A stretch of DNA of 64,000 bases from Ascidiella aspersa (lineage: Eukaryota): contig OZ004612.1 in assembly GCA_963924565.1 (NCBI GenBank), positions 14,012,001-14,076,000 of the forward strand, in the 5' to 3' direction. Shown here one piece after another: positions 1 to 12,619 of this stretch (position 1 is the first letter of the stretch; the number at the start of each line of letters is the position of its first letter). Both the position numbers and the translations under genes were made by a program. The notes under the pieces are model-generated. The model was not told where the DNA came from. It did not search any database and saw only the letters and a program-made list of their open reading frames with translations.

Positions 1-275
1 CCATTGGCGAGGTAGGCCTGTGCCCGGTGCCACTCCGCTATCTCCTGACGAGCGCGGAGCAGAAGGGTTTGCAATCGCGGCAGCATTCGGTCTTTGTGAC
101 TTTCGATCATTGCCTGAAATGGAACTGAAGATGAGCAAAACAAAAAAGCTACGCTTCTCGAAAATCGAAAACCGCACGACGGTGATGCTCGGCGATGCAC
201 AGCTATTAAAACGCGGACAAGTGACTTTAGACTGTTGTTTAGACTGCCAAAAAAATATCCAGGGTTGTCATAGAT

Positions 276-565
276 CAGTGTTTCTCAACCTGAGGGTCGC
301 CAACCAAAATTGGGTCGCTGGTTGGTTCGCCAGCTGCAGTATTTGGATTTGTTTAGATTTATTGAGGTTTGTTTTGCGCGAGAGTTGTCCCATACTTGAG
401 AAAATTCATAAAGAAATACGAAGATATGGCTCATATTGTTAAAAACTATTTATGTTAATGTTTTACGATTTATGCGCAAAGAAAGTTGGAACGCCAAAGC
501 TTCGCTGTCATACTTAAATGTGCTTGATATTTTGGTCGGCGCGAAACAACGATTGAGAAACACTG
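276..565. mobile_element. hAT/Buster-type MITE
   Basis: TIRs CAGTGTTTCTCAA...TTGAGAAACACTG; degenerate nnnTAnnn flanks tcatagat/gtatagaa. Confidence 0.75.
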
Positions 566-729
566 GTATAGAATAACCGAACGTAAACGGAATGATTTTA
601 GACTGAAAAATGATATCTGACCACGGCGGCTAGATCGTGGTAAGTGCTGTGTTTCTTTGACGGGTTATTATCTTAAACTTTTACTTTGGTATTTTGGATG
701 TCCGATAAAGTGAATCGTAACAGATGCCC

Positions 730-3700
730 TCAGACAGGTGGTGGTATCGGATTCGACCGATACCCGGGTGTATCTGCCTGATACCAAAAGAATATAGGAA
801 ATTCAGCTGTTGTTTTCGACTAAACGCAATAACTTCGTGAAAGGTTCATTTATTATGAAGTAGAGTAACACAACTAGAGATAAAAAAATATTCTATCTCT
901 TATAACTTATTTTTGAACGGTAACCTAGAAAGAATACCTTTAACATTTGAATGTCATTTATTTTGCATTTTTAGCATATCAATAAAGTAACGATGTCTTA
1001 GATCGAATCGTAACTTTTCTTGTCCAAAATATCGGATACATGTATCGCAATAAAATTTCAAGTAAAGGACTTTCCTGTGTAGTGTTGCAATGTCTTTATT
1101 TGGATAATATGTTACTCCAGTGGTTCTCAACCGGGGTACTGCGGCACCCTGAGGTACCATTTCTAATGCCCACAGGTGCTGAGAGATATTTCAGAATCTT
1201 TAAGAATATGATTTTTGCTCAATTCTTACAACGTTTTGTGCAAGATTAGAGTAAAATGAATCCAATTAAAACTTCCTACGTTGTGCAGAGTTGATGTGTG
1301 TTGTTCCAGCCGTTTATTGTGACATTCTGGTGATATACCTACGGAAAATTCTTGCAGGGTTGCCGCAATCTATTTATCATTTGTGATGGGTGCCTTAAGC
1401 CATAAAAGTTGAGAACCACTGTGTTACTCTATCTGTTTAGCACCACTTTGCTTAAGTCACATTTGGGTTGGATTAAAAAATGTTGCATTTTATTATAAGG
1501 TTGCGTTTTGAAGTGATACGCAAACTTTTATTTTTTTTATATAATTTGGGGCACTTTTCTCAAGGTTGTATAAAAACGCAGTTAACCCTTGTAGGTCCCA
1601 CTTGTTGTACCAATATTTTACAAGTTGTACCAATATTTTTATCTCAGTCGTTACTCAATTATAGCGAAATGGCGGCCCTTCTGTACGTACATCAGTAGCT
1701 ATATATAATACTACATTTACAGATGTGGTATCTTCGGGATTTGTAAAACTATCTTCTCGAGTGTTTAAAATTGTTAGGGTTAGTACTAACTGCAACCACG
1801 ACATGTATGCACTTTCGCAAGTCACTTTAAAACTCAAATCGCCGTGTAAAAGGTGACATGCCCTGGAAATGTGGTAACTGAAGAAAGGTTAAATTTGTAT
1901 AAGGTGAAACACTAACAATGGCACAATCTAAACAACAAGGCGAGGGTAACTCCGCTCGTGATGTTACTTTGTGGAACGAAGAGTTTCCTTCCATAATACT
2001 GTCAGAGGTAAACATGCTACAGCAGCAAGCTACAGTGTTGTCGTTGTGTAAAGTTTTTACGTTTAGTCCTATCTGCAAATTATTTGATATCTGGTTTGCG
2101 GCGCTCGACAGTATTACATTAATGCGTTTCAAAATATTGATCGGAATTTAATGAAAACAATACGAAACACTGTATCCGTTAGCGCAACAGTGCAGGGTAA
2201 TTTCGCGCTTTACCAGCTGCACGTTTTTTTTTTTATAGCTACCGTAATGTGCACGTTATTTGGATTCAGATTCTTGAAAAACACATACAATTCTACGGAT
2301 GTGAGTTTAATTCACGTGTTTGTACTTACGCTTCTGGAACCGTACTAAACCGGCGTTACATTACCACTGCAAATTTCAACAACATTCAACTTTTGTTAAA
2401 ACATGTTTCGGGTCTGAAATTATTCGATTCAGGAAATAGAACAAATATTATAGATCGAAACCACGCTTCTATCGAACTAAGTGGTACGCGTCGCTTTTTT
2501 CCTCCAAGTGGTAGGCAGGCAAAAAAGGTTGGGAATGACTGGCATACTGTGTGTTGCCCGCCAAAGTGCGCAACTAAAATTTCGATGTGCGGGCAATTAG
2601 TGACCAGGTGCTGGCAATTAGTGACCATACTATGCTACAGCATGACCAACAAACCGATAATATTATTCCTTTTTTTTATGTAGGAATTAGGGAAAAGACG
2701 ACGATACCCGATTAAACTGTCTCCACGGCTATTGTGTTTTTCTACCCCTACAAGATATAGTAATGCTAATATTTGAAAACACTGTATGCGTACCTGACAG
2801 CAAAACATTTCATAAATTGTCGCATGACAATAAAAAAATGGAAAAGCATAAACATTTTTCAGTATTCACTCAAAACATAACAAAAACGTACCCGTTTGCT
2901 GTCGATCAGCGACTGGCGTAGTTCGCAGATTTGAACATACATCTGTCTTTCATCTTCATTGCTAAGAATTCCCACATCGTAGTGGTCTATCCGGCAAACT
3001 AAAGTTAGCAAAATCTGATAAGTTGATCAATTCTACAACGCAGCGTACAAAAGAATATAAATATATGTTAATAATGTACAACCTTTAATCTTGTATTATC
3101 AAGCAAGATTTTGCACAAAATCGTGAACAAGTACTTTAGATTTAGAACACTATTGCCACCAAAATGTCTACCAATCGAGCTTCCGCGATACATATATATT
3201 TTGCATCAAATAAACTCTACCTTTAATCTCTTGGTTTGTTACTTTAATACAATTCAAGGTTTACAACGTAAGTTGAAGTCACGTTAATTTATCCAATGGA
3301 CTTAATTTAGTCAAGAAATTTTACCTAACATGTGAAGTCAGGTGATTTAAAACCAGTTTCCTAAGTGAACGCCATATTATTGCATTGGTATGTTGTCCGT
3401 CTAATTTAGCGACAGCTTTTAAATTTAAAGTGGATAGAATTAATTGTTTTTTCACACATGGTTAAAGTGGCTGTGGAACTTTTACAGGGTTTAAACACAC
3501 AGTATAGAGTAATATTTTACTTGAGTGGAAAATCTAGAACGTTAGTTTAAGTAGAAACATAAAGTTGTATTACACCCAACAATAAGGATTTCAGCGTTAA
3601 ACATGGCACGCTGAAACTAATTAATCTAAAACATCATTGACTTTGTTATCAATACCAACATTTTAGTTTTAACACACCTTAAAGTAGAATTTGGCATGTA

Positions 3701-6700
3701 CTTATGTCAAGTGATGCGTCTAACAATCTTATTTACGCAAAGTTCTCTTGCATTGAACAAACAGATTCGAAAAAGTAAGTAATTGTTGTTGGATTGGCAA
3801 AAAACAACTTTTAACCAACAAAGTGGAAAGTGATTGTTCCTTGTGGTTTTAGGGTTATCGATCAGGGGCTCCAACCGACCTGACTAACACGCCTGCTCGA
3901 TGTTTAAAAGCGGGTGTATGTCGCGGTAAAGGGTTTCGCGAAGCGCAATAAATCTGCATCTTGAGGCGACACACTTTTTTAAAAGTAATACACCCCTCAT
4001 CTGTTCGGGGGTAACGTCTCGGTGCTGAAGGTACTATTGCCGCTAATCGTACTTACTGTTACCACCAGTGCAATGATCAAGGTGTTGATATTTGCTTTGA
4101 AACGTCTCCAGTCTGTTGGCATTTTCATGGTTTAAGCTTCGCAGTTCGGCGATGTCCTGAATCGCGCAAAAAACAACGAAATAAACACACTTGAGCAGGA
4201 CACATTAAAACAACAAGTTTTCATGTTTTTCGTTCTGGGCTGGTGTGCTATACCTTTGGGCTGCTTACCCCTAATAAATGTCTACTTTTCCTTAAGGTCA
4301 TGGTACTGGGAAAATATCATAACAGCTCCACTTTGGCAGTGCAGAGTTGCCAATCGCTTGCGCTACTGGCAGCCACTACAACATATACTTTTTTTTAATC
4401 GACTTGACAATACAGCATCCGGTGCCACGATAAATCGCTATAAGCATAAAGCAATATACACTTATGGTGTCGCGTTACGGCTGTGTAGTAGGAAACAGGA
4501 TAAGTTGCTGGTGCGATTAAAATAGCCTTGCATATGTGTCGCAAGCCTTACAGGCAAAAAGAGTTGAAAAGCTAGTGACTTTTCTACCAAAATCTATGAC
4601 AAATGCAATGAAAGAATTGCGTAAATAATGACTGAAAAAAGTTAGTGGTTATTTAATTTCGAGTTGTTTGTTTATTAAATATTTATGTCGTCTCTGATCT
4701 TAGGCTATTTTAAACCAACTTAATCAAGAACTTTAATCGGTAAGGCAATCATCCATCCGGGGCCACGAAAGTATATTTCGAGGAAACTGAATCACCGAAC
4801 ACAGAAACATTTTTTACGCGGTCCAGTTAAAACGAACAATATGCCTTAAGGGTATTTCGCGCTCGGGCTTACTTTGAAAGCTTAACTGCCGAATTCACAG
4901 CAAAATCTAAACACAAGTTGCCCGCGGCCGATTAAAAAAGTCATTTCGTGACCTTGAGGACAATACGAGGTTCAGCCAAGACAAATGTTGACACATTGTA
5001 GCATTTTAGAATTACTATAAAATGGAAATACAGAGGACTGTAAAATAGAAGTAAGCTTATTAAAGGGGACATACTGTTATTAATGTGAAGACATATTATG
5101 TTAGCGACACATCTCACACCCGACGTACAAAACACGAATACATGTAAAGAACATTAATTTGGTATTTTATAAATATATAAAATCTCCAAATTCTCACAAC
5201 ATTGTTTTACAGAATCACAGATTTACTGACTATTCGTAGCTGTTTGAAAAACCCACTTACTCGGATTATAATTTGCACTCTTCCCGTTTGGCTGTCTCTA
5301 TATATTGTGGGGTTTTGGCCGTTTGTGTAAAAGGGAGGATCATTCTGTAAAAAAGGGTTAAAATTTACAGTTGTGACAAATTCTAATATGCTTAAAGTTA
5401 ACAGTTACGATAAAAAGTCATAAATTCGCAAGTAAGCTGCTTTTACCAAACTATATCTAGAAAACAGATCAAAAATCAGTATGTTATAACATTTTCCCAC
5501 TTCGAACAACTTTTAGAAGACATTGGTTATCGAACGTTTGAGGTTAATTGTCTTAAAATAATAATTATTATTTTACAAAGCCATCTGATCAGTAACATTA
5601 ATTAGGAACAAAACAATTAAGAACTTATTTAAAAAACTTTTTCAAACATAGTATAGCCTATTCAATAACTCTTTTGTGAACTGCTGTGTTTGTATTACTT
5701 TTGTTTATGATACTCACCCCTTGTAGGTTCATGTCTGGAGGCATTTCATTCTTAAACATGCTTGCGGGTCGTTGAAGGGCAGTACACCAGTCACCTAGTG
5801 TGTAATTCCAAAAACTATCTCAGTCAATTGCACATTAAAGTTTGTCTCTAATTCACAGAACCGACACAAAAAATAAAGCATAATTAACAAATGGGTTAGC
5901 AAGCAAGTAGTTCATAACTAATAAACGTTATTTATGAAAGTGAGATTTTTTTGGTAAAATGCAATACTGAATAGCATGCCCACAGCTGTTTCAAACCTCG
6001 ACTATGACGTCACTTTACAGCTGACTTAAAAGCCTTCTGCAGCCCGCTGCCTTGTTGTGCATTTATCTGAGCTTTGTAACCTGAATAAAAACAACTCGCT
6101 AAAAACGCCATTCAATCGACTTTTGGGCCATCTCAAGTCCATCACGTCTTACACGCTTTGGCACAAGCCACGCTAATAAATTACGATGTAAGTTAAGCTG
6201 TTCGCATTGCTTAAAGAATTAAAGCGTCGGTCGCACTGTACTTGGAGGTTATGCTGTCGGCGATGACAACAAAAAACAACTCTGGCCTTGCTACATGGCA
6301 AGGTTTTCTGGTTGATAATTAACTTTTGTCATTCATGTTTGCCTCTGGCAAGTTTTTGTTTGATATAGCGAGCATCGATTTCAAGGAAACGACAGCGAAG
6401 CATACGTAATATAGGTAGGCGTTATTCCTGCTGTTCCGATTCCCCTCTTCTTGCAAGGGCCTTCAGTTTCTGCGACATGGGTATAACATTTACGACTCGC
6501 AATCTCATCTGACTTGTCGCAGCGTGTTGGCCACGGGTAACGTTTAATAGTAGCTAGCATGTTTAGGCCAATAGTTTACCACGGCAAGAATCCGAAAATA
6601 GCTGTTTTCGCGCCGCAAAAAAAATACTTACTTATTGGCTGGACGAGTAATTTTTGTTTGCAACACTTTCGAAGATGCAAACAATGTGTGAATAAACGAT

Positions 6701-9700
6701 TAAAGGCGTGCACATTCATATCTTAAGCACATAAACACTCGTAAGTTGAATGTGATTCATTATGGCTGCTGGTTGGGTATTGCGAGAGCTGCTTTCGCTG
6801 GATTTAATCAGCTAAATTTGAAGCGCGTGTTGGTAACCTGTTAGTAATCGGATAAACTTTGAATTAGGCAGTCCTTCGAGTAGCATGCACGCTTTTAAAA
6901 TATAGGAGGCATTCTGTTTGGTCTTAAAAGCAGTAAAATACTAGCTGAAAGTTTGACCCGACACACTCAAACCATATTTTTATATAAAATAATACATACT
7001 TTAAAAAACAAAAAATGTAACACATGTAAGAAAACCTTTCCAGTAGGGAGGAATTACTTCATATTTTCAAAGTTCTTTCCAGAAGCGCGATATATTTTAT
7101 GGTTCATTAACTTTAAAGTCTAACAAAAGTAATTGATCGTACGTTTTATTTTATGTTCGAAGAACAAAACGCCAATATAACTTATAAATTCGCAAAACAG
7201 GTATTTTAAAAATTCCATATAGGACGTACTGCGACTTTCAAACCGGTCTAACACATGTACAGTTTCAACCACTAACAGATCATTAGCGCAGTAATTTTCG
7301 CATGTATCCAAGATAAACTACAAAGCGTATAAATAAACTACAAAGCATTTAAACATTGGAAAAAAAACTAGAATGAAATCATACAGGTGTTTCGTTCTTT
7401 TTTCTTTTGTAAGTAATTCTACTAGTTTCCTTAGGACTTTACTTAATTCAACATGCTCACTTGAAAACAAAAATTTGCGCTGTATGCAAATTTGTAAAAA
7501 AACACATTGATCCCAGTACGTTATCCGAAACATATATAGTGAAGTGTAGTTTGGTAGGTGTGCCGTCGAACCTTATCACCACAGTTAGTTTGCCGAAGAG
7601 TAAAAAGGTTTCGAAGCACTGAAATAAAATAAAACATAAAGACAGTGTAGATCCTCTGTCAATAAGCACTGCTGGTAAACATAAAAAACTGGTTTGATCT
7701 ATAGCAAACTTCTACCAATCGTCCATGTTTTAATCTGTATTTAACTAGGCCTACCATATGTCCTCTTTTCTTAAGAAAACTGAATTGTCCTCCGAGGACG
7801 CTTAAAAATGCTCTGATGTCCTTCTTTTTGCACCAGGCGTTAGCTACTTATACTTTTAACAAGACTTTCAAGCGAGACGTTGTATTTATTTCCAAAAAAA
7901 GTAGCCATGAAACATGCTGAATTTCTGGTTTAAAAAGATTTTCCAGCAAATTGCCCTACCGGCCCTACCTTCTTGATTTTTATTGCAAACATTGCGCCAG
8001 AAAAATTGTACCAGAACCTCACATGTAAAAAGGCCTATCAATAAAGCAAAGGTGTAAGTTTGGTGGGCATATCCTACGATCAGTGTTAGATGAGGGTCAT
8101 CTACGTGACTCAGATACTAAAACAAATAGTGGATAGATGCTTGGTCTGCACTAACATCGTGATGTCAAATGTCTATAGCTTCCTTTATCAATAGTCGACA
8201 CCAAGTGGAATCGGTGCCTTAATTTTCACTAAGTTGAAAATGAATAAAGAGTTATTCGAAACGTTCAAAACGCAAAAAACATCATCGAACTAAAACGTAC
8301 AATTCTACTTTTGTTTTACTTGCCGGCAAAAAAATGTCCTACTTTAGGGTGCTAAAAATATGGTAGCCCTATATAAAACTCATTTGTTTTACGATTGCTG
8401 ATGTTGATTAAATGGAATGTCAAATAAAATAAAAAACACGAACATGACCAAAACTCTTAACTTTGGTCAGATAAAGTTGTACTTTAGAGTTAGTTGCGGA
8501 ATCGCCATTTTAGTAAATCGTACAAAGCATTTCTGTGCTTCGACGATATTGAAGTAATGTAGGACTAAGTATAAGGTTATTATAAAAAACAACGCAATAA
8601 TATAGTTTAATCTCACACTTTCTATAACTCGAGAATAACACCGTTTTACCTAAACTTGTTTGTTTTAGCAAAAAAGGTTTTAAATCAGGGGCGGGCAACG
8701 TGCGGCCCTTTGCCATTTTTTTGTGCGGCCCTTCGCCTTCTTCCAAATATTTTTCCCTAAATAAGGTAGTTTTGTGTGCACCAATGTTGGAACTTTTGCT
8801 CTTTCAGTTTCCTGTGGGAAAGTGCAATGTATCCATTGTTCCCTCTAAGAAAATTTTCTACTGCGAAAATAATTTTTGTAGTGCGCAAGATTATTTTAAG
8901 GCTGCGTTGGCAGGTGTCCGCGGTAGACATTGGGGCAAGGCGTGAAAATTTTAAAGATGACCTTACAAAGCGTGACGTCATGAAACAAAGACTTGCGATA
9001 AACTTATGTGCAACTGCAATCGAGTTAAATATGTGCAAGGATATGGCAACAAAGCGGTCGCGCGAATTTTTTTTGAATATTTGGGTTAAATTGACAAAAG
9101 TCTACTTTTTAAAAATAGGATGCCTTTAGGGCACAATCAAGAACACGAACTATTCGCTCATTTGCCGTGGGACCATTGACCACACAGCTGTATATGCACA
9201 GAAATCGTGTAGAAACTGCAATTATGTTAAAAATTTACTTCCTAAAAAATGCATTCCGCCTGTATGATCACGAATTTGTCAAACACTCCACTACTGTGTT
9301 CGGCACTCTTTAAAAAGACCAATTGGACAAAGTAATTTATTACGTCACAATCGTCAATGCGGATTTGATTTGGTTACTTGCTTTTAGCTACAAACTTCAA
9401 CGAAACATGGCTAATGCGAAATGCTCAAACTGTTGTGGCAAAAAAACTGAAGATATTTTAGTTCTAATTTGAGAATGATGTAAGTGTGCAAAAGCAAATT
9501 TTATTGCGCAATTTGTCTGGTGTTGCTGCGCAATTGCGCAGTTGCGCACCTTAGAGGGAACACTGAATGTAAACCATAGGCTACACCGCTACACTAATGC
9601 CGTTGTTGAACTAGAATGGGAAGCATCTATTACAAAACAATTTTTATTCATAGAGTTTTATGTCACGTTGGTATGATAAAGAATTGTTTTGCAACATTTA

Positions 9701-10350
9701 CACTTGTCTGGTACGACTTTTGGCGCGCATATTGATTGAGTATGTACAACAGCTGGTTTTGAATTAAGGCTGTTTAATAGTTTGCGTCCATGCACATCTG
9801 GCCTGGAACCAAACATTGACAAGTTGGTTCAAAATATCCAGCATCAGCCTTCTCACTGACTTCTATTTGAACATCCACATGTGTGTCTGCTATGATATTT
9901 CATATTCGCTTGTACTTGTTTTTCCAGTAAAAGCTTAAAATATTAATTAGTGTTTATTTGATGTGCGGCCCTCCTGTAAGCATTAAATTTCCTAACTGGC
10001 CCTTGTGTTAAAAAGGTTACCCGCCCCTGTTTTAAATGAGCAAATCAAATCAATTAAAACATTGTAATGACTCATCGAATGACCAAGATACTCGATACTG
10101 CCACAGCGCTCTTAAAAATAGCCGAAACAGCCGTGTAATATATTTGGCTTTGATGGTTGGTTTTATAATGCATGGCGGTTGGGTGTAAGCAAATAAAATC
10201 CACCAGTAACACGTATAATAAAAATATATTCAATACATTGGTAATACATCATACCATGTGAAATCCGTCCCTAAAATCAATAAATTTATGTCGTATTTTT
10301 CGAAAGGCGAGTTATTAAAGCATACCTGTCTTGCGACAAAGCCTTTTCAT
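730..10350 (-). CDS. Uncharacterised multi-exon protein-coding gene (about 200 aa as modelled; ends uncertain)
   Basis: Stop-free, phase-compatible GT-AG exons: 10350-10326 (MKRLCRKT G), 5794-5718 (DWCTALQRPASMFKNEMPPDMNLQG), 4156-4057 (DIAELRSLNHENANRLETFQSKYQHLDHCTGGN), 2998-2892 (ICRIDHYDVGILSNEDERQMYVQICELRQSLIDSKR), 2072-1917 (IGLNVKTL...PCCLDCAI), 1789-1691 (LVLTLTIL...YIATD), 777-730 (ADTPGYRSNPIPPPV*). The internal exons are well supported; the first and last are tentative. No family recognised. Confidence 0.6.
1118..1421. mobile_element. hAT/Buster-type MITE
   Basis: TIRs CAGTGGTTCTCAAC...GTTGAGAACCACTG with a perfect 8-bp TSD TGTTACTC (nnnTAnnn, the Buster-type target). Confidence 0.92.
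7746..8371. mobile_element. Non-autonomous hAT-like element with TAGG-type TIRs
   Basis: TAGGCCTACCATAT...ATATGGTAGCCCTA; flanks tatttaac/tataaaac (6/8). A related end lies at 29655-29749. Confidence 0.65.
8686..10029 (+). mobile_element. Internally deleted Buster-type hAT transposon with a transposase C-terminal relic
   Basis: TIRs CAGGGGCGGGCAAC...GTTACCCGCCCCTG; perfect TSD TTTTAAAT. 9776-9859 reads NSLRPCTSGLEPNIDKLVQNIQHQPSH*, the typical Buster/SPIN/GTF2IRD2-like C-terminus. Confidence 0.9.
8834..9565. mobile_element. hAT-like MITE nested in the 8686-10029 element
   Basis: TIRs CATTGTTCCCTCTAAG...CTTAGAGGGAACACTG; flanks aatgtatc/aatgtaaa (6/8). Confidence 0.8.
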
Positions 10351-12619
10351 CCTGTTTGAAATCAGTCGATTTAGCCGTACGCGTCGATAAACACACGCAC
10401 CACACACGCCGCACACACATCGCGACATTTACGTTAACAACAAAGCTATTTGCTCAATTTAATGGCTGTTTTAAATAGAAGCCAACACCTGCAGAAGCAT
10501 GCTTTACATAAAATTATACACAACGTTTAAACGCACACCAAACGTATTCATGCTGTTTAGTGATCAATGTAATACTAATACCACACTACCTTGAACTAGT
10601 TCTCACTTTCATATGGGTTTGAGAAATTGTTAGCCTAAACAATTCGAGTAACTAAGCTGTATAAGATTTGCCTAACTCCAAACTCCTTGCGCTAATGTTT
10701 TTGCGATTTGAAGTAAACATTGCAGTGACCGCTCTTAAAAGGTTGCAATCTATGTACTTCATATTTTGCTTAAAATCGAAGTTCATCATACCTGCCTTTT
10801 TTCTGTTGCGTCAACCGCAAAGCCAGCCAAGCGTAATGTCTGGCAATGCCCTGCAATAAGACAAATCAACGTACCGTGGAGGTAAACAGCAGGCTGAAAA
10901 GGGGGCTTGCGGTAAAACGATTGGTAGACTGGCAGTCATGTCTGGTGCCTAAAAGATGCTTAATGAATCCCGACTTGAAAACATTACAAGACCTATCGAG
11001 TACATGTTGACCTAATACGACCAGTTTCCAACAGGCCAAGGACAGCAGTTGTTTTATATTTCGTGCAGCGATAAGCTGTCTTGACGCACATTCAGGTGTA
11101 CTTTTCAAACAATTGGCTTTCGGGATAACCTTTTGATATAGTTAAAATACTTCTGCAAGGCCGTACTTTTCCAGTTCTGAATTATTAATGTCCGGTTCTC
11201 CACATTGTGCGCTTGCAACGAAATGTAAATTATATTTGGCGGCCAACCATCAGTCGCTCGAGCCGGACAGTAGTTAAGGTTCGACAGCTGCTGGGTTATT
11301 AAGAGACTATTTAAATTGTCTATACATCAGTTTGTAATATATACCCATATTCCCCTAATTTGACAATTTGTTCTTTAAATACCGGTACCTATGTTATTGA
11401 GTTAAGATAACGCAAGCGTTATCTTTAATAGGCATAGGCGTTTAAATAGGATTGATGCAACTATTTAAATGCAATATTTTTTTGTTACAAACGGAACATT
11501 TTCTTAACTGGTATGTGAACTTCAGCAGCTAACTACCGTAGGACGCAAGTTACAAAACTGCGGACCAAGCAACATCCGACTTTGTTGTCAATATTAAAGC
11601 GTCATTCTAAAATCTAGATTAAGGCTTGCAATTTTTTTACCGTGTGAATCACATCAGGAACATGATCAACGAGCCTATGCTTGCTGCTTCGTTGTTATGA
11701 TGTATAATGCACAAAACGCTATCTTGCTCAGCCGGATGTAGGTCGACGTTTAGTTAATAGACTTCCGCATACTGACACAAATTCTGAAAGGGTCCTGGCC
11801 AGGTATCCCAGAAAGAGGAGGCTGGTGGTTAGCCGACATCCGTCTTATAATTTTTTTTCTTGATAAACGTGTTCCAGAGACGGTTTAGAGTTTAGACAAG
11901 CTTTTGAATCCTGGGATATAGTATCAATTAAATTTTCCGGAAGATACTGAATTGAAATATTGCCTAAACTTTTTTATTAATACCTGATAAAATGGAAATA
12001 ATGTAGCCATGTAAGTCACGAATGTTGGGCTATAACGGATCGATAGCGCAGCTGGATTGGATCAGTCCCCATACGACCGGTAATTTTTGGCATTCATACC
12101 TAAACAAAAATCGTAATTCAGCATTAAACATATATTCCAGGACCTTACGTCATTAACAACAACTTTACAAAAATGGCATTGTATTTTGGTGAATTTTGCG
12201 CAATGCGACCATCTAAAATTTTGCTAATTCACGAAGATTGTAAATTATCTAGAATCCTGCTAACTCAGACGTAATTATGTAATTTCGCATTTTATGTTAA
12301 TACTCACAGTCACAAGTAAACACGATGACAATTTGTTTAACGTTTTTTATTATAAATCTAACAAGTTGTAAAAAAACAGATGCTTAGATGTTTATGTGCG
12401 CAAAAAATCATTAAAACACAAGCAGCTGAAGCGGGTCGAAATTTAATAAGTGACATAATAATGCCTATTATAAGACAATTGATATATTTTAAGGGTAGTT
12501 CTAATTTACGGAATGATGAATGGTCGGAACGCTCACTAATTTAAGAGTTACCCCGTTAAAACAATTATTAAACCAACGCACAATACTTGGGTTAGGGTGG
12601 GGGCAAATTTAAGGATCAC

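Noticed and set aside
20-442. 140-aa plus-strand ORF
   Set aside because: Non-ATG start, runs into a MITE at 276, and no recognisable motifs.
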